64,000 bases of DNA, taken from NCBI GenBank assembly GCA_965242695.1, contig CBDESU010000001.1, forward strand, positions 768,001-832,000, given 5' to 3'. This document shows positions 32,894-43,009 of this stretch, one piece after another (position 1 is the first letter of the stretch; the number at the start of each line of letters is the position of its first letter). Below the pieces are notes generated by a model. It was given only the letters and a program-made list of their open reading frames with translations, searched no databases and had not been told where the DNA came from. The translations under genes and the position numbers were made by a program. This DNA comes from Cenarchaeum sp. (lineage in GTDB: Archaea; Thermoproteota; Nitrososphaeria; Nitrososphaerales; Nitrosopumilaceae).

Positions 32894-33739
32894 ATGGGCG
32901 GCGCGAGACCGGATGCGGAGGCGGCCAGCGTCCTGTGGACCGCGGCCGCCGATGCAATGCTATGGACGGCAATGATACGCGAGCACGCATCCTGGACGGA
33001 GCTCAAGGGGGCGTGGGCTGCAAAGTCCGAGGCCGTCGACGCCATGAAGGCCGGCTCTGAGGAGTGCGGCAGTGCCGTCGATGCGCAGGGCGTGGTCGAC
33101 GTCGGCGCGCTCGGCCGGGCCGCCGAGGCCCTGAGGCATGCCGCAGCCACGGCGGGCCGGGCCGCCAAGTCGTTCGACAGGGCGTCCGTTCTCTGCAAGG
33201 CGGCGGGAACAGAACTGAGGCGGGCCGGCGATGCGTACGCGCGGGCGCTCGACAGGGTGCGCGCCGCGGACATGCACGGCATGGCCGCAATGTCGCACGA
33301 CCGCGCCGTCGAGACGGACAGGATGGCGTCAAACGCGCGCGGCATTGCGGCGGGCCTTGCTCACGAGGCCGACGGGATGGCGGCGCTGGCGGCCGGATGG
33401 GCGGGTGCGGGGCAGCGGCGGTGGAGCGGCGACCGCGGCGGACTGGCGGCAGTGCAGGCCGACATGTGGGAGGACGCCAAGGAGATGCGCGCAGGCGCGG
33501 AAGAGATGAAGAGGAGCGCGCAAGAGGCCGAGCGGCTGGCGGTCAAGGTGCGTGGTGTGGCGGCAGGGGCGGCCGAGCGGTCTGCTGCAAGGGCTGCCGC
33601 CGCGGCGCGCGATGGACTTGCCGGACCTGACGCGCCAGAGGCCGCAGAGGCGTGGAGGAAGGCCATGTCCGAGGCCCATGCGGCCGATGACCAGGCCGCC
33701 GGGCGGACGAAGGAGGAGGAGGAGGAGGGGGAAGCGTAG
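32894..33739 (+). CDS. Ala/Trp-rich helical protein, family A (A8)
   Basis: Close paralog of A7; promoter motif 23 nt upstream. Confidence 0.78.
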   Translation: MGGARPDAEAASVLWTAAADAMLWTAMIREHASWTELKGAWAAKSEAVDAMKAGSEECGSAVDAQGVVDVGALGRAAEALRHAAATAGRAAKSFDRASVLCKAAGTELRRAGDAYARALDRVRAADMHGMAAMSHDRAVETDRMASNARGIAAGLAHEADGMAALAAGWAGAGQRRWSGDRGGLAAVQADMWEDAKEMRAGAEEMKRSAQEAERLAVKVRGVAAGAAERSAARAAAAARDGLAGPDAPEAAEAWRKAMSEAHAADDQAAGRTKEEEEEGEA

Positions 33740-34313
33740 CGGATGCGGGCTGCGATGGCGGCGGGGGCGGCGGCGGCGCGGCCGGCCGCCAGCTGCCGAT
33801 AGCAAGGGTGCGGCAGGCCGAAACTATCCGGCGTATCCAGAGCGCCCAGAACGTCGAGCATCCCGGACGCGTCCACGGCGGCCCCTGCCAGATGCGCGAC
33901 GGCGGCCGCCCGGTCGTCGCCCGTGCGGCCGTACAGCGACGCGACGATGCTCGCCCGCTCGTACTCGGCTGGCGTTTTGCCGACGCGCCCGCCGGTCTGC
34001 CCTGCCACCCTGTCGATCCGGTTCGACACGGCCGGATCGGAATTGCCCGCTGCATCAATGCCGAGGGCGGGGCCGGCGCTGCCGCCGACGGCGCCTCAGA
34101 CGATCAGGGCTAGCACGACCGCCACGTTCACGCCTTCACACCGTCGACTACCACGCGTCCATAGGCAGGGCGCATAAAAAAACGGCCGAGGGACTGTGCG
34201 CAATCCGGATCGGCCGCCGATGCCGCCCCGGATTCGACAATCGGGCGCACTGGGGCGATGCGGACGCGCGCCGCACCGAACGGCATAAAGGCGGGCGCGC
34301 GAGGCGCAGCGGC

Positions 34314-35138
34314 GTGGAGAGTAGCGGCCGGAACGAGCACAAGGCGGAGGACGTATGGGCCGCGGCCGGAATGGAGCACGCAAGGGCCGCGGCCATGCAC
34401 CAGTGCGCCACGCTCGATGCCTGCCGCCACTCGTGGGCGGCAAGGGTGGACGGCGGCGGCGCGCTGGGGGATGCGGCCGGCGCAAACGGCAGGATCGTGG
34501 GCGGGGAGGGCAACACGGTCAGCAGGAGCGCGATAGCCGAGACCGGCGCGGCGATGCAGCGGGCCGTGGACGCGCTGGACAGGGCCGCCGTAGAGTTCGG
34601 CCTGGCGGCCAGGCTGTCCGGCATGTCCGCCGACGGGTGGCGCATGGCCGAGAATGCCTTTGCCCGCGCTGGGAACGGCGAGTGGAGGCGGATTGCGCGC
34701 GGGCGATCGAGCGAGGCCCGAAAGATGGCAAAGACGCTCAACACATGGGCGGAAAGGTCGCGCTCGGCGGCCGGCACGCTCGGGCAGTCGGCGCGCGGGT
34801 GGGTGGACGACACGGCCGACTGGGAGGATGGCGCCGAGATGGAAGGCGGCGCAGGCAGGTGGATGGAAAGGCAGGGCCAACTGCAGGCCGTTGCCGACAG
34901 GGAGCGGGGGCATGCGGAGGAGATGGCGCGGGAGACGAACGGGGCCGCGCGGGTGGCCGCCGAAGACCTGGCGCGGATCGCGATCGAGGCCGGGCGTCGC
35001 ACGGCCAGTGTGGAGTGGGCGGATGCGGCTGCGCGCGCCGAGGATAGAGGCCGTGCCGGAACGGGCGCGCTGCGCGAGGCCGCGGACGCGCTCAAGGATG
35101 CGATGGATGCGGCCCGGCAGGCCGAAAGGGGCCGGTAG
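34314..35138 (+). CDS. Ala/Trp-rich helical protein, family A (A9)
   Basis: DVWAAAGMEHARAAA; closest paralog 49251..50060; promoter motif 24 nt upstream. Confidence 0.78.
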   Translation: MESSGRNEHKAEDVWAAAGMEHARAAAMHQCATLDACRHSWAARVDGGGALGDAAGANGRIVGGEGNTVSRSAIAETGAAMQRAVDALDRAAVEFGLAARLSGMSADGWRMAENAFARAGNGEWRRIARGRSSEARKMAKTLNTWAERSRSAAGTLGQSARGWVDDTADWEDGAEMEGGAGRWMERQGQLQAVADRERGHAEEMARETNGAARVAAEDLARIAIEAGRRTASVEWADAAARAEDRGRAGTGALREAADALKDAMDAARQAERGR

Positions 35139-35154
35139 GCGGGGGCGATTTGGC

Positions 35155-35964
35155 GTGGGCAGGGGCGACGGCAGGACGGAGGGCGGCGACGGCGAGGACG
35201 ACGTGGCGGACGTGTGGGGCGCGGCCGGAATGGAGCATGCAAGGGCCGCGTCTGCCCGCCAGTGCGCGGCCATCGATGCGTGCCGGCTTGCATGGGAGGC
35301 GGAGGCCGAGTCGGGCAGCGCGCTGCGCGAGCTGGTGGGCGCAAACGACGAGATTGTCGCCGGCCCAGGCGGGAGCATACGCAGGGGGCCGATCGCGGAT
35401 GCGGCCGCCGCGCTGCGGCGTACCATAGATGCGATCGAGCGGGCCGCCGTAGAGTTCAGCCAGGCCTCAAAGCTGTCCGATGCTGCGGCGGACGGATGGG
35501 AGCGGGCCGCCAAGGCGCTTGGCACGGCGGGGCTGGCCGACAGGGCCGGCGCCGCGCGCTCGCGCGCCGGCGAGGCGCGCGAGATGGCGCGCGGAATGGA
35601 CGGGCATGCGAAGCGGTCCCGCGCGTCGGCCGCAACGTTCGGGCAGGCGGCGGACAAGTGGGTGGCGAACTCGGCCGAATGGGAGGACGGGGACGTGGTG
35701 GCCAGCGGCACCGACGGCTGGAAGGAAAGGCGCGGCGGGGCGCTGGATATAGCGGAAGGCAGGCGGAAAATGGCCGAGGAGATGGAGGAGCGCACGCGGA
35801 ACGCGGCGCGGATGGCCGAGGAAGAGTCTGCGCAGCTGAACGCCAATGCGGAGGTGCTCACGGCCGCGGCAGTTGCCTGGCTGGAGGGGCGGGACGAGCC
35901 GGAGGCGAAGGCGGCGCTCAAGGAGGGGATGGCGGCGGCCGTGCGGGCCGCGCGGGACAGGTAG
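35155..35964 (+). CDS. Ala/Trp-rich helical protein, family A (A10)
   Basis: DVWGAAGMEHARAASARQC; closest paralog 50068..50880; operonic with A9. Confidence 0.75.
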   Translation: MGRGDGRTEGGDGEDDVADVWGAAGMEHARAASARQCAAIDACRLAWEAEAESGSALRELVGANDEIVAGPGGSIRRGPIADAAAALRRTIDAIERAAVEFSQASKLSDAAADGWERAAKALGTAGLADRAGAARSRAGEAREMARGMDGHAKRSRASAATFGQAADKWVANSAEWEDGDVVASGTDGWKERRGGALDIAEGRRKMAEEMEERTRNAARMAEEESAQLNANAEVLTAAAVAWLEGRDEPEAKAALKEGMAAAVRAARDR

Positions 35965-36732
35965 CGTGGCGCCACATGAGGCCTTGGCGGACGGTCCCGT
36001 ATTCGCCGCGCGCCGGCCGGCTGTATCGCCTCGCCGCCTTGATGGGCATGGACGACTTGAACGCATGGCGGCACCGGCGATCGCCGTCTGCCCCGCCATT
36101 GCCTGCATTAGTGCGGTTGCCATTCTCCATGCCCTGGTTCGGGGCAGAGGCCGAGGCGTCTGAATGGCGACCCGTCAAAAAGTTGCCCTGAGGGTACGAG
36201 CGTACGGGCATGGCCGCGGGCGGCCGTATGGCCTCGTTCGCCGCCGTCGTGCCGCCGGTGGATGCCGCATCCCTTGCGGCCCAGGCCGAGGTCGCCGAGT
36301 GCCTGGCTGTCGAGGCAAGCGGCTGGCAGGCGCGTGGGCGCCAGACGTGGGCAGTCGCGCGGGCACGCGCCGCCAGCGTACGTGGTCGGACTGGAGCGCA
36401 TGATCGCGGCCGGGACGGACAGCGCGCATGCGATGGATGCCTGGGCGGATGCCGTCGGGCAGGCGGCGGCCGTCGGGCAGGCGGCGGCCGGCGAGGCGGT
36501 ACTCGGGGACGCGGAGCGCACCATGGCGGATGCAAGGGCGGCCGCACACGAGGCCATTGCATCGATTCAGGCCGGGCAGCGCGTCGTGGCGACCGACCGG
36601 CAGGTCCCGAGCATTGCCACGGGGAGCAGGCTGGCCCCCGTGCTGTCCGGCGAGGGGACGGAGTGCTATTGACGGGCACGGGGCAGCCCGACACGTTTAT
36701 GACTTCTAGGGGGCCGCCTGCGGCGACTGGAT

Positions 36733-36987
36733 ATGGGCATCCTGACCATCTGCGTCTTTGTCGTCGGCGCCGTGATCGGGCATCTTTATGTCACGTCCCA
36801 TATCCTGGGCTATTTTGGGATCATAACAGATGCCGTCGACTGTGGTTCTATAGACGATCCGGCGTGGAGCGACCAGTGCGGCCAAGGAAACGCGATTACG
36901 CGCATGCTCATCCCCATCATCGTTCCGGTGTTGACGGGCGCGATACTTGCATCCGTCGCTCGCATGCTTACCGGGCGGAGACTATGA
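36733..36987 (+). CDS. Small two-TM protein with a Cys-pair loop
   Basis: TM-(DCGSIDDPAWSDQC)-TM; paralog at 51226. Confidence 0.7.
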   Translation: MGILTICVFVVGAVIGHLYVTSHILGYFGIITDAVDCGSIDDPAWSDQCGQGNAITRMLIPIIVPVLTGAILASVARMLTGRRL

Positions 36988-37077
36988 GCAAGGCAAGGCG
37001 ACCGACAGGGGTGGCGCACGGCGCTGTAGCGCGGGCGGACATGGCGGGCGCCGCTCTGATACACTAGGCAAGCTACG

Positions 37078-37800
37078 ATGTGGTTGACACCCGAAGACGC
37101 CGCGCCGAGGCAGTTTGGACTCTACGTTGAGACCGTGCTGGACGACCGGGAAACATGCCACGCGATCAGGGATGTCGACAGACCTGCTCGCCGAGTACGG
37201 CGAGGTCGGCGTCGACCCCGGGTTCAAGCCGGCCAAGTACAGGGTAGCAAGGCCGACTGCTACGGGGCGCAGGGATGAGGCCTACACGGTAAACGTGTAC
37301 CCGTCGGGCAAGGTCGTGTGCCGGGGGGCAAAGTCTGTCGAGAGGGCCCGCACGGACGTGAGGATGGTTCTGCATAGGCTCGGCGTGCCGGAGGGGGGAA
37401 CCACGGCGATGCGGAGGGGGCCGCAGCCGTGCGGTACGTGGTGATGTCGGGATGCATCTTTGGCGAATGACGTGCACAGGGCCATACCAAAGCTCAGGGA
37501 GAGGTACGAGGTGACGCTCGACTCGGAGGTGTTCTCGGGGTATGTGGGGTCGAGGGGTTTGGAGGGGAAGAGGATGGAGGCGTCTCCGTCCAGGTATTCG
37601 CGCCTGATATGGGCGATGCGGATACGGCGTGCGAAGGCGGAAGGATGCCGCTGCTGTGCAGGGGGCCGACCGTGCGGGAGGTGAGCAGGGTCGTCGGCGA
37701 CATGTACAGGGCGATTGTACAGTCCGACCGCAGGCCGGGCGGGGAGGGAGCCGGTGATGCGGCGGACCGCAGGGACGACATGCGGCCGCCGAGCGTATAA
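37078..37800 (+). pseudogene. Highly divergent TATA-binding-protein-like gene with four frameshifts
   Basis: Stitched segments VNVYPSGKVVCRGAKSVERA / VRYVVMSG / TLDSEVFSG / VSVQVF...LLCRGPTVREV follow the two-repeat TBP pattern in order. Confidence 0.65.
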
Positions 37801-37824
37801 GAAGCGCCACCTGAACGGTCCAGT

Positions 37825-38712
37825 ATGGCGGGCGGACCGCAGGCGCGGCCCGACAGTAGCAGCAGGAGGAAGAGCATGGCGGACGACAATGCGGCAATGT
37901 ACGCGTACGCGGCGGCCGTAAAGTCACTGTCGCGCCTGGTCGAGAGGTCGGAAGTAGCCGTGGATGCATGGTCGACACTGGCCAAGTCGACGTTCGACAC
38001 CGGCCTGCGCAAGGCCGCCAACGCCGCATCGGAAAGCAGCGCCGAGCGAAAGGGGGCCTGCGAGACCCTGCTGGAAGGGTGCCGGCTTGACGGCGATGGC
38101 CTGTACGAGGTGTTTCCGGGCATGTGGACCGGCGAGATTGCCGCGGGGGCCGAGGGCATGGCAGCCCTGGCCAGCCGCGCAGCGGCCAGGTGGTCTGCGA
38201 GGGGCGCGCTGCTCTCGGCGTCGACCGAGCCGCCCGTGCTCGCAGAGATGTCGGTCTCGAAGGCCTGGCGGGGGTTTGCCAAAAAGGTGGCGGCCGCGGA
38301 GAGGGCGGCGGAGGGAACCGAACTCGAGGCAAGGCCGGTCGACGAGCTGGCGGCCGCGGCGGCGCGCGGGGCAGAGCGCTTGGCGCGGGCGAGGGGTCCA
38401 TTTAGCGTAGAGGAGGTTGACGCCGCTGCCGGCGTGGACGGCCATGGGGGCGGTACGGGCGGGTTGGCTGATGTGGTTGCGGCGACGGCAGGGAGGCGGG
38501 CGGCCGCTGATGCGAGGGATCGTGCGGCAAGGGAGGCGGCGGAGTCGAAGGCGTTGTTGCGGGACGCTGTAGACGTGTGGATGGAGGCGTCTGCGGAATG
38601 GGCAAGGGCGCGCGACAGGGCCGCGAGAGAGGGCGACAAGGAGGTCGCCAGCATGGCGGATGAGCAGGCCGCATACGCCGGCAAGAATGCCGCTCGCCTG
38701 CGGACTGCCTAG
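37825..38712 (+). CDS. Ala-rich helical protein, family D (D1)
   Basis: AAVKSLSRLV...CRLD...PGMW...AAARW; TATAAG 24 nt upstream. Confidence 0.78.
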   Translation: MAGGPQARPDSSSRRKSMADDNAAMYAYAAAVKSLSRLVERSEVAVDAWSTLAKSTFDTGLRKAANAASESSAERKGACETLLEGCRLDGDGLYEVFPGMWTGEIAAGAEGMAALASRAAARWSARGALLSASTEPPVLAEMSVSKAWRGFAKKVAAAERAAEGTELEARPVDELAAAAARGAERLARARGPFSVEEVDAAAGVDGHGGGTGGLADVVAATAGRRAAADARDRAAREAAESKALLRDAVDVWMEASAEWARARDRAAREGDKEVASMADEQAAYAGKNAARLRTA

Positions 38713-38782
38713 CATCGCTCCGCGTCCAGGCCGGCCGCCATACGCCGCGAGCGATTAAAAATCGCAGTGCGGGCGGCCATGT

Positions 38783-39661
38783 ATGGCTGGAAGGACGTCG
38801 GCGGGGCGGCGCGGGCGCCGGCAGCAGAGGAAGAGGCCGGCACACGACAGGGCGGTGGCTAGGCACAGCGCGGCCGCAAAGTCGCTGATCCGCCTGGTCA
38901 GGATGGCTAGAACCGCCGCATCCATGTGGTCGCACATGGACGAGCTTGCGATTGACGAGGCAGGCCGCGAGGCGGCGGTAAAAATGTCGACGGGCAGCGC
39001 AGACCGCAGGGAGATGGCCGAGGGCCTGCTGAAGGCGTGTTGCCTTGATGTCACGGGCAGCTACGAGATGGTTCCGGGCGTGTGGCGGGACGATATTGCG
39101 GCGGGGGCCGAGGGCATGGCGGCCCTGGCCAACATGGCCGCGGCGAGGTGGTGCGCGAACGGGGGCATGGCGAGCGCGTCGACGGCGAGCGTTGTGTTTG
39201 CCGAGCTGTCGGCATCGGGCGCATGGACGGACTTTGCCGCAAAGGTGGCCGCCGCCGAGCGCGCGGCGCTCGGAACCGCGCTGGATGCAAGGCCGGTGGC
39301 CGAGCGGGCCGCGGCGGCGGCAAGGCACGCCGAACGATCCGTGCCGACGCTGCCGCGGGAGGAGAGCGTGGGCGGCGGGGCGGCAGCGGCTGTTGGCGCA
39401 ATGGGGACGGGGGCGTCGAGCGGGCGGGCCGCAGAGGCTGGCAGGCGGGCCGCGGCCGCCGTGCGGGATCTATCGGTCGGGGCCGTCGAGAGGGCCGCAA
39501 TGGCGCGGCGCGATGCGGCCGGCGTGTGGGCGGAATCTTCCGCACTGTGGTCGAGGGTGCGCAGGGATGCCGCAAGGGAGGGCGATGCGGCCGCTGAGGC
39601 TCTGGCCAGCGTGCAGGCAAGGACGGCTAAAGAGCATGCGACGCGCCTGAGGACTGCCTAG
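38783..39661 (+). CDS. Ala-rich helical protein, family D (D2)
   Basis: AAKSLIRLV...PGVWR...ANMAAARW; TTAAAA 23 nt upstream. Confidence 0.78.
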   Translation: MAGRTSAGRRGRRQQRKRPAHDRAVARHSAAAKSLIRLVRMARTAASMWSHMDELAIDEAGREAAVKMSTGSADRREMAEGLLKACCLDVTGSYEMVPGVWRDDIAAGAEGMAALANMAAARWCANGGMASASTASVVFAELSASGAWTDFAAKVAAAERAALGTALDARPVAERAAAAARHAERSVPTLPREESVGGGAAAAVGAMGTGASSGRAAEAGRRAAAAVRDLSVGAVERAAMARRDAAGVWAESSALWSRVRRDAAREGDAAAEALASVQARTAKEHATRLRTA

Positions 39662-39839
39662 CCGGATTGCCGCGGCGGCTGATTGGCGGCCAGCTTGGGA
39701 GCTGGCGGCAGGAGCGGCGGTGTCGCGGTTATGGCGCCTGCCGGTACGACGATCTTGGCCCGGCCGCGCCTTATATACGGCCCTGATATTGCCGCCAATG
39801 AATGATCCACGTGATAACGCGGACGAGGCGCGCCGCCGG

Positions 39840-39980
39840 ATGCCGCTCGGTCGAGTGCCGCGCAGACGCCGCGCGGCGTACCCGGCGCAGGATCGGCGCC
39901 GATCTAGGGAAGCGCGCCATTGCGGCGGCGCACGCGAGGGCGCGGCGCTCCGCCCGCAGGGGCGGGGAGGCCGGGTGGTG
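39840..39980 (+). pseudogene. C-terminal remnant of a zinc-finger family copy
   Basis: SVECRADAARRTRRRIGADLGKRAIAAAHARAR matches the family tail. Confidence 0.55.
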
Positions 39981-40028
39981 CAGGCGCATCCGCCCTCGGC
40001 CCGCCCACTCGGGCACATGCGGCCGCCC

Positions 40029-40041
40029 GCCAGCCTTATAG
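40029..40041 (+). promoter_or_regulatory. Zinc-finger-family promoter motif GCCA(G/A)(C/T)CTTATA(G/T), first copy
   Basis: Further copies at 41401, 42194, 44880, 59485 (each exactly 24 nt before ATG); mutated copy at 60308. Confidence 0.85.
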
Positions 40042-40064
40042 CCGGCAACCCAAGACGCGCCGCG

Positions 40065-40760
40065 ATGTCGGATCGCGCCACCTGCAGGGTATGCGGACGC
40101 GACTTTGCGCCGTACGGCCGCCGCCGCCGCGTCTACTGCAAGAAGTGCGCCGCAAAGGCCGACAAGGCGATCGTCCTGGACCCGGTCGTGAAATGCAGGG
40201 AATGCGGCCGCAAGTTTTCCGCGCCCAGCCGATCGTTCCGCCACTGCTCCGATGCCTGCCGCGCAGAAGGCGCGCGGCGCTACAACCGCGAGTACATGCG
40301 CAGGTACCTGACCGACCCCCAGAAGCGCGCCACGGCCCTGGCGCGCAACAGGGCATCGGCGGCGGCGCGCGCGGCCCGCAAGAGGGGCGGGAGGCCGCCG
40401 CAGAAGCAGGCGCTGCCCCGCGCGGACCCGAACGCCGAGCCGTCCGTGTGCGGGCTGTGCGGCCGCACGTTCGTGCAGTACGGCCGCGGCGTCCACGCCC
40501 ACTGCAAGCGGTGCACGGCCAGGGCCGATCGGGAGGTCGACAAGCCGCCGCACACAAAGTGCAAGGAATGCGGCAAGGCGCTCACCACGACCAGCCGCCG
40601 AGTCCGCTACTGCTCAAAGGCGTGCAGCGCCGAGGGCCTGCGGCGCAGCCGCCGCGAGAGCAGGCGCAGGATCAAGGCCGATCCGGAGAAGGGCGCCCTG
40701 GCGGCGGCGCACAGGCGGGCGCGGAATGCCGCCCGCGGGGGCAAGGATGCGGGAGGGTGA
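40065..40760 (+). CDS. Four-zinc-finger basic protein (Z1)
   Basis: Two copies of [CxxCG..F...YCxxC-linker-CxxCG..F...YCSxxC-basic helix DPEKRA]. Confidence 0.8.
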   Translation: MSDRATCRVCGRDFAPYGRRRRVYCKKCAAKADKAIVLDPVVKCRECGRKFSAPSRSFRHCSDACRAEGARRYNREYMRRYLTDPQKRATALARNRASAAARAARKRGGRPPQKQALPRADPNAEPSVCGLCGRTFVQYGRGVHAHCKRCTARADREVDKPPHTKCKECGKALTTTSRRVRYCSKACSAEGLRRSRRESRRRIKADPEKGALAAAHRRARNAARGGKDAGG

Positions 40761-40889
40761 TGCGGGCGGCGCCCGCGGATCGCATCTTCCGCCCGCGCCT
40801 TCCGACAGGGCCAAAAACGGCCCTGTGCGCCTGCTCGCAATGGCGGATCGGCACGGCGGGGATGCGCCCAAGCTGGGAGGAGGCTGGAG

Positions 40890-41144
40890 ATGAGCGTCAT
40901 GGGTGCGATCAGCACCAGTCTCCACTGCGCGTCGCAACTGCTCAGGCCGTACTTGGATGCCCAGAGGGCCGTCGAGTCGCGCGGCGGCTGCGTGGAACGG
41001 CCGGACGAGGCCAAGAGCCTCCTGGCAGTGCTCAACCCGTTGAGCTACCACCTCAGGGGCAAGACCTACTTTGCCCTGGGCGTCAACGGCGAGGAAATGT
41101 CCGAGTTTCTGCGCCTCCGCACCGCGAAGGCTGGCCGGACGTAA
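40890..41144 (+). CDS. Hypothetical protein, probably a frameshifted orphan continuing to ~41350
   Basis: Protein-like composition unrelated to flanking genes; continuation in another frame (EGILSIEARLG...). Confidence 0.35.
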   Translation: MSVMGAISTSLHCASQLLRPYLDAQRAVESRGGCVERPDEAKSLLAVLNPLSYHLRGKTYFALGVNGEEMSEFLRLRTAKAGRT

Positions 41145-41436
41145 GAGAAGGCATACTGTCCATCGAGGCCAGGCTCGGGGATGGCGCGGGCGGCCGGGCT
41201 GTGCTATCCGGCGAGGACCTGTCGATCCTCGGCGGCGTATCCGATGCCCTTGACAGCGTGTGCGCGTCCCTGTTCAGCGAGATGCGCGGGCGATGCGCTC
41301 CCGCTGCGTGGGATGCGCTATCCGCGAGCGGATCGGCAGGGCCGAGTAGCCAGTGGCCGAAATCCCGGGCGGCCGGCGGCGCGCCCCGCAGGGCCGGCTA
41401 GCCAGCCTTATATCCGTCAACTCGATGCGCGGCGCG

Positions 41437-42135
41437 ATGCCGGGGCCCGCCGCATGCCTGCTGTGCGGGCGCATCTTTGAGCGGCATGGACGCGGCGGCC
41501 TGCGCGCGTACTGCAAGCGGTGCACCGCCAGGGCCGACAGGGAGATCGCCGTGAGGCCTGTCGTGCAATGCGGGGAGTGCGGCAGCGAGTTTTCCGCGCC
41601 CCGCCGATCGTTCCGCTACTGCTCCGATGCCTGCCGCACCGAGGCCGCGCGCCGCCGCAACCTCGAGCACCAGCGCAAGTACATGGCCGACCCCGAGAAG
41701 CGCGCCATAACCGCGGCGCGGGCGAGGGCCGCAGCGGCGGCCCGCGCGGCCCGCAAGGGGGGAGGGGGGCCGCCGCCGCGGCGGCGGCCGCCTCGCGCGG
41801 ACTCGAGCGCCGAGCCGTCCGTATGCCGGCTGTGCGGGCGCAGCTTTGGGCAGCACGGCCGCGGCCTGCGCGCGTACTGCAAGCGGTGCACCGCCAGGGC
41901 CGACAGGGAGGCGGGCAGGACGCTGCGCGCAAAGTGCAAGGAGTGCGGCAAGGCGTTTTCCACTGCCCGCCGCTCCGTACGCTACTGCTCGGACGGGTGC
42001 AGCGCCGAGGGCCTGCGGCGCAGCTACCGCGAGAGCAAGCGCAGGATCAAGGCCGATCCGGAAAAGCGCGCCCTGGCCGCGGCGCAGGGGAGGGCATGGA
42101 GCGCGGCCCACAGGGGCAGGAAGGCGGGAGGGTGA
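41437..42135 (+). CDS. Four-zinc-finger basic protein (Z2)
   Basis: Same architecture; promoter motif 24 nt upstream. Confidence 0.8.
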   Translation: MPGPAACLLCGRIFERHGRGGLRAYCKRCTARADREIAVRPVVQCGECGSEFSAPRRSFRYCSDACRTEAARRRNLEHQRKYMADPEKRAITAARARAAAAARAARKGGGGPPPRRRPPRADSSAEPSVCRLCGRSFGQHGRGLRAYCKRCTARADREAGRTLRAKCKECGKAFSTARRSVRYCSDGCSAEGLRRSYRESKRRIKADPEKRALAAAQGRAWSAAHRGRKAGG

Positions 42136-42229
42136 CGCGGGCGGCGCCCGCGGATCGCATCCTCGGCCGGCGTACGCGCCCGGCGGCCGGCCCGCCAGCC
42201 TTATAGCCGCGCATTTGATGCGCGGCGCG

Positions 42230-42931
42230 ATGGGGGAGCGGATCGCATGCAAGATGTGCGGGCGCGGCTTTGAGCAGTACGGCAGCGGCCGCCGCGCCTT
42301 CTGCAGGGAGTGCACGGCCAGGGCCGACAGGGAGATCGCCGCAAGGCCCGCCGTGAAGTGCAGGGAGTGCGGCAGCGAGTTTTCCGCGCCCAGCCGATCG
42401 TTCCGCTACTGCTCCGATGCCTGCCGCACCGAGTTTGTGCGGCGCTACAACCGCGAGTACCAGCGCAGGTACCTGGCCGATCCCGAGAAGCGCGCCGTGG
42501 CACTGGCGCGCACAAGGGCATCGGCCGCGGCCCGCGCGGCCCGCAAGAGGGGCGGGAGGCCGCCGCGGCCGCTGCCGCCGCAGCGGCCGGTGCGCGCGGA
42601 CCCGAGCGCCGAGCCGTCAGTGTGCGGGCTGTGCGGGAGCGGCTTTGCGCCGTACGGACATACCCACCACGCCTACTGCAAGAAATGCACCGCCAGGGCC
42701 GATCGGGAGATCGCCAGGACGCTGCGCGCAGACTGCAAGGCGTGCGGCAGGGCGTTTTCCGCGACCAACCGCAACGTCCGCTACTGCTCAGCGGCCTGCC
42801 GCGCAGACGGCGTGCGGCGCAGCCACCTCGAGAGCAGGCGCAGGATCGAGTCCGATCCCGAAAAGAGCGCCCTGGCGGCGGCGCAGAGGAGGGCATGCAG
42901 CGCCGCCCGCAGGGGCGATGCGGGCAGGTGA
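42230..42931 (+). CDS. Four-zinc-finger basic protein (Z3)
   Basis: Same architecture; promoter motif 24 nt upstream. Confidence 0.8.
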   Translation: MGERIACKMCGRGFEQYGSGRRAFCRECTARADREIAARPAVKCRECGSEFSAPSRSFRYCSDACRTEFVRRYNREYQRRYLADPEKRAVALARTRASAAARAARKRGGRPPRPLPPQRPVRADPSAEPSVCGLCGSGFAPYGHTHHAYCKKCTARADREIARTLRADCKACGRAFSATNRNVRYCSAACRADGVRRSHLESRRRIESDPEKSALAAAQRRACSAARRGDAGR

Positions 42932-43009
42932 TGCGGCATCGCCCGTTCCCCGCGCGCGTCCCGGGGCCGGCCCGCCGGCCCTGCCGCCCGCAATTCCAAG
43001 AGGGGCGCG

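Noticed and set aside
33780-34170. Minus-strand gene between A8 and A9
   Set aside because: Protein-like fragments interrupted by stops and no recognisable family; cannot support a call
28816-36074. Long minus-strand ORFs (e.g. 28816..30903, 30402..32990, 34128..36074)
   Set aside because: Antisense shadows of the + strand family-A genes; no motifs, stop-poor GC-rich DNA
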